Below, piece after piece: positions 32,401-40,267 of a stretch of DNA of 55,264 nucleotides. This DNA is from a virus (Duplodnaviria > Caudoviricetes), in IMG/VR virus record IMGVR_UViG_3300042546_000342, positions 1-55,264 of that record; one strand, given 5' to 3'. Each line of letters begins with the position of its first letter. Position 1 is the stretch's first letter. Position numbers and translations under genes: made by a program. Below the pieces are notes generated by a model. It was given only the letters and a program-made list of their open reading frames with translations, was not told where the DNA came from and did not search any database.

Positions 32401-34063
32401 TGTGAACGCCACTAAAAATCCAAAACACATCAGAAGATATTATGTAGGAACACGAGTTGGCGAAGGTCAGATTAACGAAAGCGAACAGATTGGGGTGAGA
32501 GCAGGTTCATCTTACGCTCGTGCAGAAAAAGATATGCCTAACGGTGCTATGTTATTAAATGCGGAGAAAATCATTCAGCGTCAAATTAAAGAAGCCGCAA
32601 AAGATTACCACATTAATCAAGAATTGGATAAATTGAATGATGTGTTTGAAGAAGCTAAGTTAGCAGCTAACAGAGAAGATATTAATGTGCTAAACGAGTT
32701 TCAACAAGACCAACGTAGGATAATGCAGTATCATTTATCATCGGGCGACATACCTCCTGTGTTTAATAAAATACAAGGTGGGCTTTATGTGAAAATGCTT
32801 ACCACTCCTTACCGTTTGGCAGCAGAAGCGGTATCAAATACCGCTCAAATGATGGTAAGAGGTAGGTCTTTTAGAGGGTTATTAACTGCGTTACCTAGTG
32901 AAAAAGTTAATCCAATGTATCGTGAAATGACCGATATAATGAAAGCTACCGAAAGTACATCGTTAGACCACGCTGAATTTAGGTCAATGAAAAACATTGA
33001 AACTAAAGACGGTCAAATACAGCGAGAGGGGTTATTAAAACGTGGCGTGGATATTATCAACGGTGTGACAAACGCAATGGCGGTGGGCGGTATATGGATG
33101 CCAAACTTTAATAGAAAATTTGCTGAACTTACAGGTGAGAATTATAATAATTCTATGCTGAAAAACCCTAAGTATGTAGATGCTATGCGTGAGGCTTCAT
33201 CTTATGCAGATAGAGAAACAGAAACGGTTATTGGTTCTACGCTAAAGGGAGGTTCAAGAAGAGAAATAGTGCTTACTCCTTTTGGTGGTAAACTAAAAGC
33301 AGATACCGCTTTAGGTAGTTTAGCTAAGTTTTTGAGTAATTATCCTTATCGAGATACAAAAGAATTAGTTAGAGGTATTAATCAAATGGTTACGGGAGTA
33401 AATGAGGGCAGAATAGACGGTGCAGCAAGGTCTATGGGTGTTGTTACTAACATGATGCTTTACACAGGAATGTATGCTATTACTAAGTCTTTGTGGAAGC
33501 AAACTTTTGGCGATGACGATGAAAAAAAGGAAGCAAAAGAAACAATAGACCGATTATCTACAAAAGAAGGATTTGTAGACTTCACTAAACAAGAGGCGTT
33601 ATCAAATGCAGTAAATCTAGCAGGAACTAAATATTCTCAAGCGGGTAAAATGATGACAAGATTGAGTGTGATAGCTTTATATAATTCAAATTTGCTAGAC
33701 GAAACGCAAAAGAAAGACCTTGCCAATTTTGCCGAAGCGCAATTATATATGTACTTTAATAAAAAAAGTTTCCGTAAAAGTGATGCGCAATCCGAATTTT
33801 ACAATGTCATACCTCATTTAAAAGAAGCGTCTGATATATTCTATCGAGAGGTGAAAGGCGAGGAGGGTGTAACAGCATTGCTTAAAGAAGCTAGAGAGAA
33901 AGGCGTAGAGGGATTGACTAAAGACAAACAAGCACAATTATCGCTATTGAAGAACTTTATACATACCACAAATATTTTATTGTATTCGCAAGGAACGCAA
34001 TTGCCGTTCTCTAAAGATTTCGTAAAAAGTTTGGAGGTTCAAATAAAAGAATTAAACAAATAA
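26477..34063 (+). CDS. Large putative internal virion (ejection) protein 3
   Basis: 2528 aa, Cys-free, Gly/Ala-rich hydrophobic region near the N-terminus, long coiled coils, acidic tract. No RNA polymerase motif recognised. Confidence 0.65.
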   Translation: MEEKLLPPPPKKVVSQNGESDLLPPPPKKKLNEPTSGSVEVSKTVSTPQSGLSQGSGTKDSAPTTYQWSGGDVKMQQKVVTPSASDSQSAVNVVTKEMTAEGRLAEEKEGYELSNKKSLAEQEASKSFSIATENYTYDQVKNLVQLQSLLNKTIEDNKDPKLAKQTQDVEVIKKQIENLRNQQVTPKYTLNAEGQTVSYIKPKYKNVGEMYDETIMFQNKHQKLIGEIENYETKLNPIIEKARKNAQYTPNKKDEYGNTYYDLNPMEAFLNGAENSLETTAIGLANMFGFDDEAKSAAQMKWYKDNVISPKKADGLVSQGFEMLGGVAPLVAGGSLAQGSVLGSVIINSLLFGAQDYGGTWYNSYASKKAEGMSDEEASKEANSNARFAGVKGMILGGTMPLQSMAGNKVGVSLFVTKAEQNSFRQFMYGQIGMLPAFGTSTALQNWYEGKPVTDNVGRAMIDAFIIGGMTHAIANLPKLPAATARLFEHTIAKNYNKVSTVIDAAVQDGTINPTVGENIVAKAKAYDKIKGAGLNEDVEVQVTELQVQIDKLEASKEGASPAVIAEIDRQINELSTKLKVEAGFPLTPDERKELNLLQAARDSNKEYDKEKLAELEQRQKNNQDGKTKLVTDQPIRVKYKDGRTGLVFVNAEGDVEFVPDGNSAGLVIDKQAGASFRSLANLGFEQVVGETVAEPNSQLLSGDIAVGTNVLYKGGKYQIASSKNAPDGVKLDADGKVRVVYLKGEDGKVIAVGADSADGKRIIDDANRVIGKGEATPTETAPVQKETKVVEAQKKTDETVEVELEPTVTEEKVEAVQTPTETVTEAEVVTPIAPDGEVAVETAPEFIESTEKVIQEAPKVEQVAEVKPIKILEASRKYVPLDTFDAVMKYFAVGGRINTEDLKSETGFGSQKGGGRITSKGNVISETRGKEDFKKRSWVHSSKAPKMDDLVMNIAEEMTAMNPDMEYDQQQIRSEIIEVLSRYDSKLDIQAELAKKYDDASFIENYGMTRSQYEAYVEEGKYKAEQEKKWYEENGLNWEEQSEMDEYATELEESGITEEDIIREAKEYDEYLNTLSNEEKQKELDYANAKNTTNQRGESETNVENQEDARGKNEERLAEAKRNFLDAESEYNKVTKALETDLANKQGSMFDGKEQKLFDNSADLAKKAKDAKRKLDEAKEAYDKAQGLVDDKLQGQMELGKNQEKSTFKTQEETKVEQATEKVQKFKDVLDQRTDKKTDKALKAFGEQEAKAKELIDNYDTNFKKLEEKGVEVKGTKAEILADMLDGKYDEALKSDTSIPSSKSGDSKSEVQKANEEVWKAVQDVLNAGDFTKLGFAAKNVGEKSAEALDRLHKALVKAAKAYLKTGGNSVKQFAKNIGLSTKNAKQAWDEAMGLTTFNKDNLDYDLADIAKVAIRRGIKVREKLLEYKAKQKDVAKAIKDFMDDAEIKGALSPSQVKALVKRAASITTDAQFDKFIDYADKIIKDANLAQDLEDLRSNQKGAGKKRHNEKTADVRKFLDAEIFDEDGNLLLDEATFSEYSDAVAALNQKIPDHSLMEATDASGKTLSERVADQSQSASNPYMNINTVQDLMKAWTALDNNIVDIDSYKSFTRNISKIKARLKDLVQSGTIKQDDYDTAISQIYKHENGKRVYEAKYGDQIGQLKSAQIADAQAKARLVDDSGFNKMQKELWQEFKRNMSVNFEKFKKLEVSDLDKLNTVLDRMGNGFMPEYEFRQVMNKIETQGQGVKIAKQVAKISDKFKNNLDKLRDLFETNDPARYEAELGIAGDNSLWNGVLSRTQRALKKYTETTHDMYEKWYDSLPSFYKITGKKPVLIDKIDAKDGKVGKTVVSQREYDMVKVGVVRHMINHAAEMIAKGKDPIDVFGEQLADIKERQNYATEGELSILTDVYNKLKSNPDLLDINGELDYNKVWKSVEANDGKVLDVNQAKIESSFDGLDLETGDMITSSNAIRGVNATKNPKHIRRYYVGTRVGEGQINESEQIGVRAGSSYARAEKDMPNGAMLLNAEKIIQRQIKEAAKDYHINQELDKLNDVFEEAKLAANREDINVLNEFQQDQRRIMQYHLSSGDIPPVFNKIQGGLYVKMLTTPYRLAAEAVSNTAQMMVRGRSFRGLLTALPSEKVNPMYREMTDIMKATESTSLDHAEFRSMKNIETKDGQIQREGLLKRGVDIINGVTNAMAVGGIWMPNFNRKFAELTGENYNNSMLKNPKYVDAMREASSYADRETETVIGSTLKGGSRREIVLTPFGGKLKADTALGSLAKFLSNYPYRDTKELVRGINQMVTGVNEGRIDGAARSMGVVTNMMLYTGMYAITKSLWKQTFGDDDEKKEAKETIDRLSTKEGFVDFTKQEALSNAVNLAGTKYSQAGKMMTRLSVIALYNSNLLDETQKKDLANFAEAQLYMYFNKKSFRKSDAQSEFYNVIPHLKEASDIFYREVKGEEGVTALLKEAREKGVEGLTKDKQAQLSLLKNFIHTTNILLYSQGTQLPFSKDFVKSLEVQIKELNK

Positions 34064-34091
34064 TTTAGCTAAAAAACACTACTTTTGAAGT

Positions 34092-34589
34092 ATGAGAAAA
34101 CCACTAATAGACAAGAGTTGCACAAGCAAAATAGAAACCGCAATTAAATACGAACTAGGTCACTTCTACCTATATAAACATCTAGCTATATGTATGCAGG
34201 CGGTGGGGTACTTTGGGGCAATGGATTACTTCTTAGCTGAAAGCAAAGAGGAGAACGACCACGCCTTAAAGCATATTAATTTCCTCAATGATATGGGCGT
34301 GATGGCGAAGTTGCCTTCTCTTTCGCCTGAAAAGGAAGTACCTACTGAATTATACGAAGCATTAGAACTAGCTTTTGAGAATGAAAAAGACCTATTGGAT
34401 TACTACAAGTCATTATACAAAGAAGAAGTGCTAGAGAACCCTGAAATAGCCGAACACTTAAACTTCTACATCAAGACCCAAGTAGAAGCGGTAGGATTTT
34501 ACGGAGATATGCTATCATTGATGGAGAGCGAGAAAGATAACAAAAACGTCTGTATGATTGTGGATAGCAAATTAAAAAAGTTAGCCTAA
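34092..34589 (+). CDS. Ferritin-like protein
   Basis: 165 aa with E....Y.Y, GYFG...YF..ESKEE.DH, ENEK and Q.E, matching the FtnA ferroxidase pattern. Confidence 0.85.
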   Translation: MRKPLIDKSCTSKIETAIKYELGHFYLYKHLAICMQAVGYFGAMDYFLAESKEENDHALKHINFLNDMGVMAKLPSLSPEKEVPTELYEALELAFENEKDLLDYYKSLYKEEVLENPEIAEHLNFYIKTQVEAVGFYGDMLSLMESEKDNKNVCMIVDSKLKKLA

Positions 34590-34623
34590 AAATATTAAAT
34601 TTGCATAGTAAAACCCACATAAA

Positions 34624-36267
34624 ATGAACCCTAATGTACGCACCGTAACAGACTTAACCACTATTCCATTATCTGTTGCTCAAGCAGGTACATTAACCCC
34701 TTTTGCGGGCGATGTTCTCTTACTAGAATATAGTGGAACGGCTGCTGCTTTAGATGCCATTCTTGTACAAGCGGGCGCAAATAAAGAGCAACAAAAAACA
34801 AGTTTATGGGTGTGGGATGGTACAAGCACCGCACCGTTTAATATTACAGCGTGGTTTGGTAAGTTTATTAAAGTGGATAGAGATGCTTCTGCCTACACGG
34901 GCGACTTTAACCTTATTGACAGCAAGTTATTCGGTTGGGAAGTGATTAGCACGGGCGATGGCACGGGTACGGTATCGGGAAGCGCAATAGGGGCATTAAA
35001 TACTATTTCATTTAAGCCTATTACTGATTTCTTTATTGACCCCGTAGTAGTAGAGGGTAACGCAGGGGATAATCTCACGGTGCTAGAGTTCTATAATTTA
35101 CAATCAAATTCAAGTAGCAATGTAAATGGTGTAGTTGCAACAAATATAGTATTCAGTCAACTTGAAACATTAATATCCACATCGCAATTAATAGCAGGAA
35201 GTTGGTATAAAATTACAGATTTCCAAACAGCTCATTATATTCAATTTTCCGATAGCATAGGTGATGAAGAAATACATACAGGAGCAATAGAGCCAATGCT
35301 TGTTCAAGCTGTTTCAAGCTCTGAACTTGCTACGGAAATTTGGTCAACTGTTTATCCAACTGATAAAATTACTTGGAAACCTATTTTTAATGATAGAGAT
35401 TACGATGCCGTACTAGGTCAATCAACAGGAGTTATCACTTCTCGTTACGACACTCTTTTAAAACTTTATAGAGATTACGATTGGAGAAATGTCATCTTTA
35501 GACGTTGGGAAACAGTAAGTGGTAGTGGTGATTATAATAATTATACTGACACAGGTTTTGCATTTCAAGATTTCCCTCCATTTTATTTAATTCTTGATAA
35601 TTTTGATACTTTTGATGTAAGCGTAGGTTCAGGGTTAGAAGGAGGTCAATCAAATCTTGGATTACCTTATCAATTAGATAATGTTGTATTTCAATCTCAA
35701 TGTGCTGTATCAAAAGTTTCAGTTGGGGCTACATCAACATTTCAAGAAATATTTACTGTAAATAATATTGATATATTGATTGACCAATTATGTCAATATG
35801 AATTTACAAACAATAACATTAAATACGTTCTTAGCAACCAATTTGATGGGGAAGTTAGAGATAATACTTTAATGGAGTTAGCTGAAAATGTTATAAGTGG
35901 TGTTTTTTTTGATAATATAGGGGCTTCTTTTGTAGAAAATAATATTGATGGTCAAGTCAGTAGTAATAATTTAGTGGAAGTAGCTGAAAATATTATAAGT
36001 GGTGGTTTTTTTAATAATATAGGAACTATTTTTTTAGAAAATAATATTGATGGCAATTTTATTAATAACAATTTTAGTTTTTTATATCAAAATGTTGTAA
36101 CAGGTGACATTAAAGAAAACTTATTTATGGCAAATATTCAAAGTAAAACATATACATCTACTGCGGGGATGCAGGCAGGTTCACCATCTGTTACACTTCT
36201 TGATGCAGTTGACGGAGATGTTGAGCAAATTTTATCAGGAGGAGTATTATCCTATGTAACATTCTAA
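34624..36267 (+). CDS. Putative tail spike/fibre with beta-helix repeats
   Basis: YKITDFQT...DWRNVIFRRW domain, then Asn-rich ~17-aa repeats. Own TAAATTTG box at 34596-34603. Confidence 0.65.
   Translation: MNPNVRTVTDLTTIPLSVAQAGTLTPFAGDVLLLEYSGTAAALDAILVQAGANKEQQKTSLWVWDGTSTAPFNITAWFGKFIKVDRDASAYTGDFNLIDSKLFGWEVISTGDGTGTVSGSAIGALNTISFKPITDFFIDPVVVEGNAGDNLTVLEFYNLQSNSSSNVNGVVATNIVFSQLETLISTSQLIAGSWYKITDFQTAHYIQFSDSIGDEEIHTGAIEPMLVQAVSSSELATEIWSTVYPTDKITWKPIFNDRDYDAVLGQSTGVITSRYDTLLKLYRDYDWRNVIFRRWETVSGSGDYNNYTDTGFAFQDFPPFYLILDNFDTFDVSVGSGLEGGQSNLGLPYQLDNVVFQSQCAVSKVSVGATSTFQEIFTVNNIDILIDQLCQYEFTNNNIKYVLSNQFDGEVRDNTLMELAENVISGVFFDNIGASFVENNIDGQVSSNNLVEVAENIISGGFFNNIGTIFLENNIDGNFINNNFSFLYQNVVTGDIKENLFMANIQSKTYTSTAGMQAGSPSVTLLDAVDGDVEQILSGGVLSYVTF
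35880..36055 (+). repeat. Intragenic tandem duplication, period 102 nt (34 aa)
   Basis: GCTGAAAAT[G/A]TTATAAGTGGTG at 35881 and 35983; TAGAAAATAATATTGATGG recurs at the same period. Confidence 0.8.
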
Positions 36268-36279
36268 AATTATAAAAAC

Positions 36280-36555
36280 ATGAACATAGAAACACAAATA
36301 GCAAAAGAAAATACAGGAATGTTGCTTACATTTTGGGGAACAGTTTTTACATTTAAAGAACTATCAAGGAATAAACTATTCTCTAAATACATTATTAAAT
36401 CAAAAGAAACACCTATTACTCCTGATGGATGGGAACTAGGAAGCTACACTTTTTCTGAACCTAAGAAGGTTAAGATTAAAAAAGGTGAAAGCATTGATAA
36501 GGTAACAGATGAACTTGGAAATGTTTATTACGAAGTTACCTCAATAATAGTTTAA
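36280..36555 (+). CDS. Hypothetical protein
   Basis: 91 aa directly after the spike gene. Confidence 0.6.
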   Translation: MNIETQIAKENTGMLLTFWGTVFTFKELSRNKLFSKYIIKSKETPITPDGWELGSYTFSEPKKVKIKKGESIDKVTDELGNVYYEVTSIIV

Positions 36556-36637
36556 CATTTTTTTGCAAAGAATTATTTGATAATGTTTGTTGGTATTACA
36601 TTTAGTACCTACATTTGTGCAACCAAACGAACATTAC

Positions 36638-36856
36638 ATGGAAAAATACAATCAACTAAGAAAGCAATTTGAGAACGACATCAAGAAGTTGTTTCCGCTT
36701 TCTACCAACCTCGACATATCTATTACGATAGACCAAGTAAATGTTGAGGAATTGAAGTCGCTTAATCAGCCACTAGAGAAACGTAACTTATTTGGTGCTA
36801 TGGACTACATAGTAGCGAATGTGAGTAACGATGAGTTTCAGTCAGAGATTTTGTAA
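36638..36856 (+). CDS. Hypothetical protein, first gene of the replication operon
   Basis: ATG 36638 chosen because TACATTTG (36610-36617) lies inside the longer track ORF. Confidence 0.55.
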   Translation: MEKYNQLRKQFENDIKKLFPLSTNLDISITIDQVNVEELKSLNQPLEKRNLFGAMDYIVANVSNDEFQSEIL

Positions 36857-36873
36857 CCAATAAAATAATATTT

Positions 36874-37101
36874 ATGATTAATCTAACAATTGGCGAACAC
36901 GAGCCACAAGAAATCAAGCCTTTCCCTAAACTTATGATTACTAAAGAAGGTTTGATAGTTTTTTTTGTTCAACCTAAAATTGGGGCGGTAATTGCTGCAA
37001 AAAGAGAACCAAAAGATGAAGCGATTTTAAGTTTTGCGAATGATTGGATAATGAGTTCTTTTGCCGATTATAATGGAGAAATAACGCTTAAAAACGCATA
37101 A
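36874..37101 (+). CDS. Hypothetical protein
   Basis: 75 aa, tightly packed operon. Confidence 0.6.
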   Translation: MINLTIGEHEPQEIKPFPKLMITKEGLIVFFVQPKIGAVIAAKREPKDEAILSFANDWIMSSFADYNGEITLKNA

Positions 37102-37104
37102 CCT

Positions 37105-38133
37105 ATGAATACAATAACCGACTTCTCAATGCGTGACGTATGGAATATGGCTTCCTTACGCCCCGACAGACCCCTAGTAGAACGTGACTACCTTTGGGCA
37201 TCACAACTCAATCAGCCTACCGTAGATAATTTTCTTTCGATGAAGGGAGAGAAACCTACCAACCCACCTAACGCACGTTCACGCAGAAAGTTCTTAGCGG
37301 GAAACATTTGGGAGGAGATACACTCTATACCTTTTAAGGCTATGGGTATTTATGTTAATTCACAAGAAGAAGTGTGGACGCACGGGCGCATCAAGGTAAA
37401 GGGTAAGCTAGATTTATTGGTTCACGGGAAACCCGACTACGAAAGGGCTAGATACCTTATATCTAATTTATTTTTTGAAGGTACAGTAAAGGACTATTTA
37501 TTAAATGTTGTTGATAGGTTCAATAATATGTATGGGGATAGTGATTTTGCGCCTATGGTCAGAGAGTGTAAGTCTTGTTCTTCTTATGTTTTTAATAAAG
37601 TTCATACAGGTGGACGAATTATAGGACACGAACTACAACTCTACCACTATTTAAAAGGCTTGAATTTACCACTAGGCTACGTTGACTATATTTCTAAGGA
37701 TGATACATTAATGGAAGAAGTCCGAGTTGAATACCCTAACAATGACTTGGAGATGCGCTACGAAAGAACTATTGACGAGTTGTACGATTACTTGGTACAC
37801 AACGAAAGACCGCCCGTATCACCTTTAATTGTTTGGGAAGGAAAATTTAACAGAAATTTTTATGTAGAATACAGCAATTACTTAACTTTGCTGTACGGAT
37901 TTGAAACACCCGAAGATTATAGGGCTTTTGTAAGCAAGACGGTCACATCGAGAAACGCTGTGTTAGCTAGATTAAAAAAGATTGAGAAAGGCGAAACGAC
38001 CCCAACGGGCAAACCGATAGTGCTGACTGATAAGAACAAGATAGCCCTAGAAGAAATCGAGAAAGCAGGGTTCAACGTAAAGGAACTCGTGGCTGATATG
38101 ATGGATATTGAAGAAGAAGAAGTAAACAATTAA
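37105..38133 (+). CDS. Cas4/RecB-like PD-(D/E)XK exonuclease
   Basis: G...E, KGKLDLL, RECKS, QLYHY motifs; next to the SSB-like gene. Confidence 0.75.
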   Translation: MNTITDFSMRDVWNMASLRPDRPLVERDYLWASQLNQPTVDNFLSMKGEKPTNPPNARSRRKFLAGNIWEEIHSIPFKAMGIYVNSQEEVWTHGRIKVKGKLDLLVHGKPDYERARYLISNLFFEGTVKDYLLNVVDRFNNMYGDSDFAPMVRECKSCSSYVFNKVHTGGRIIGHELQLYHYLKGLNLPLGYVDYISKDDTLMEEVRVEYPNNDLEMRYERTIDELYDYLVHNERPPVSPLIVWEGKFNRNFYVEYSNYLTLLYGFETPEDYRAFVSKTVTSRNAVLARLKKIEKGETTPTGKPIVLTDKNKIALEEIEKAGFNVKELVADMMDIEEEEVNN

Positions 38134-38144
38134 ATTAAATAAAA

Positions 38145-38519
38145 ATGGCAGAAAAAGTAACAATCACAGAAAGCTCGTTTCAAAAAGAAGTAGATTTGAA
38201 ACACGGAAAGTTTTATTCCTTTAACATCAAGATTAAGGGTCAGCCTCACAGCTACAACTACTTGAGCAAGTCTAACCCACAAACCAAGTTTGTAGTAGGA
38301 CAAGAAGTAGAAGCGGAACTTACCCAAAACGACAAAGGCTATTGGAACATCAAGCCCGTTCAGTCAGGCGGTGGTTTCGGTGGAGGCGGTGGCGCAAAAT
38401 GGGACGACATGAAAAAAGGTTTCGCCTACTTGGGTGCTATGACACTACTTGCTAACGACAAAATAACTAAAGAACAAGTTGACGCTACAATTAAAGCGGC
38501 ACTAGAAAGATATTTATAG
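38145..38519 (+). CDS. Putative single-stranded DNA-binding protein (OB fold)
   Basis: Beta-rich with FVVGQEVE and a Gly-rich linker; replication context. Confidence 0.55.
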   Translation: MAEKVTITESSFQKEVDLKHGKFYSFNIKIKGQPHSYNYLSKSNPQTKFVVGQEVEAELTQNDKGYWNIKPVQSGGGFGGGGGAKWDDMKKGFAYLGAMTLLANDKITKEQVDATIKAALERYL

Positions 38520-38585
38520 GGTAGGCGCAGGAAAAAATGAAAGTCAAAGCATCACAGACTACCATAACACTTGCTATATTTGAAA

Positions 38586-38720
38586 TTAAGGTTACTTCGA
38601 GTATGTTCTTAACCCCCATCTTTTGATAGGGTATAGTATAGGTAAACCCCGTGCGCTGTAATCATTCATACAGGAATGGTAGTTAGACCGCTTGTTGGGT
38701 GCGAGAACCCAACGCTTTTT
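38586..38720 (+). ncRNA. Candidate structured RNA or leader ending in a terminator hairpin
   Basis: TATATTTG at 38575-38582, several short hairpins, then GTTGGGT-GCGAGA-ACCCAAC plus GCTTTTT. Confidence 0.4.
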
Positions 38721-38731
38721 AAAATTATATT

Positions 38732-39121
38732 ATGAGCCTAATAATTTCAAGCAACGACTTAAAAGTGTACGTTGAACAAGTACAGCAGATACTCACCTTA
38801 CAGCTATCATCGGACAACGTGGATGCGCTACGAGAACACATAATGGACGTATGCAACGTGGCTTCTAACATCCCTTTGATGCAAGCTAGTGCTAAATACT
38901 ACTTGGAGCAAAAGAAAAAAGAAGTGATACCCGAAGCGGCTGAAAAGGGCTACACGCCATTGGTCACTAAGGAATACATCAACTCCCTTTGCGCCCCCGA
39001 ACTATCCATCTACGAGTTAATCAAGGAACAAGGTAGCGAGTTGGACAAGCGCAGACAGAGTATAGTGACTTTAATCAGTTACGAAAAGAAATTAATTGAA
39101 GCATCAATGCAAACACGATAA
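38732..39121 (+). CDS. Hypothetical helical protein
   Basis: 129 aa in the replication operon. Confidence 0.65.
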   Translation: MSLIISSNDLKVYVEQVQQILTLQLSSDNVDALREHIMDVCNVASNIPLMQASAKYYLEQKKKEVIPEAAEKGYTPLVTKEYINSLCAPELSIYELIKEQGSELDKRRQSIVTLISYEKKLIEASMQTR

Positions 39122-39130
39122 AACTAAAAA

Positions 39131-39377
39131 AATGGAACTAGAACTACCAATTTTTCACTACGGTGAAGACACTTTGAAACTTGTTGAATTAGAACTTGAA
39201 GTTGACTTAGAGGATTTAGAACTCAAGCCTATCACCTTCTACCACATAGACGGCATTGGCTCTTATTTTGAGGGTGACACGGAATATTCTGTGGTGTTTT
39301 CATCGGGAAAAGAATTTCTTTGTCCATTTAATTATATGGAATTGAAAAAATTTGTTAAAGAGGCAAGAACTCTTTGA
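39131..39377 (+). CDS. Hypothetical acidic protein (start approximate)
   Basis: MELELPIFH... after the A-rich leader AAACTAAAAAA; track ORF 39096-39377. Confidence 0.55.
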
Positions 39378-39422
39378 GAGTACAAAACTATTCATCAATA
39401 TTGCACTACTAAAAAATAATCT

Positions 39423-39629
39423 ATGAAAACTCCGCAAGAAAGACTACAAAAAGACTTAACAGACTATGTTAAAGCAATGCACACTCAAGAAGAATGTGCG
39501 GGATTTATTGATGGGTACGAACAAGCGTGTAGATACTATCCATTTGAGTTTATATGTATAGGTATTGTAATAGGTGTCGCCATTTCTATTTTTTCTTTCT
39601 TTGTACTAATATCATTTTTAATAAACTAA
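39423..39629 (+). CDS. Small membrane protein
   Basis: 68 aa with a C-terminal hydrophobic helix. Confidence 0.6.
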   Translation: MKTPQERLQKDLTDYVKAMHTQEECAGFIDGYEQACRYYPFEFICIGIVIGVAISIFSFFVLISFLIN

Positions 39630-39632
39630 CCT

Positions 39633-39905
39633 ATGAAAAGCTACCAAGACCACCTATTCACATCCAACGGCAAAACCTACTCCGCAGACTTCAACCTATA
39701 CGATGATGCCGATATTTATATCATAAGAATAGCGGTAGAAAACGAAGAGGACGAGTGCTTTGACACGCTCATTGAGGAAGAATTAATCGACAATATTGAC
39801 GAACAACTCAAGAGGAGATTAATTGAGAGTATTCAGGAAGAATACGATGCGGTGGTCGAAGCGCACGAAATGGATTTGCAGATTAGAAAAACCTTTGGAA
39901 GATGA
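39633..39905 (+). CDS. Hypothetical acidic protein
   Basis: 90 aa, D/E-rich; ATGA overlap with the next gene. Confidence 0.6.
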   Translation: MKSYQDHLFTSNGKTYSADFNLYDDADIYIIRIAVENEEDECFDTLIEEELIDNIDEQLKRRLIESIQEEYDAVVEAHEMDLQIRKTFGR

Positions 39906-40267
39906 AAAACAGATTAGAAATATTGTACGACAAAATGCCATTCACATTCTGTGTGGTAGTAACTAGAAATATGTGGGGCAAACATTCAGCTATTATCGCT
40001 GACTTCAAGCAACTAAAGAAATTTTACTACGAAGCAAGCGAGGGAAGGATAAACTTTGAACTCCGATTGAGCCGATTTAATAAGTTGTATCCCATTATCA
40101 ACACGATTGGCGAACTCGAAATGACAGAGGACGAGCAAGAGTGGTTGCTGAAAAACAAGAGTAAGTTCAAGGAGATTAATACTAAGCATGGTACTATCTA
40201 CGAAACACCAAACATATCATTCAGAGATAATTACCACGCAATAAACGGGAGGGTAGTAGCATTATGA
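39902..40267 (+). CDS. Hypothetical protein
   Basis: 121 aa, ATGA-coupled on both sides. Confidence 0.65.
   Translation: MKNRLEILYDKMPFTFCVVVTRNMWGKHSAIIADFKQLKKFYYEASEGRINFELRLSRFNKLYPIINTIGELEMTEDEQEWLLKNKSKFKEINTKHGTIYETPNISFRDNYHAINGRVVAL

Noticed and set aside
34624-36267. Diversity-generating retroelement target
   Set aside because: No reverse transcriptase or separate template repeat in the window; the repeat is an in-frame tandem duplication.
37105-38133. CRISPR-associated Cas4
   Set aside because: No array or other cas genes and no clear four-Cys cluster. It fits a phage recombination exonuclease beside SSB.
38660-38720. tRNA gene
   Set aside because: No TTCGA T-loop, acceptor stem or cloverleaf; the hairpin fits a terminator.
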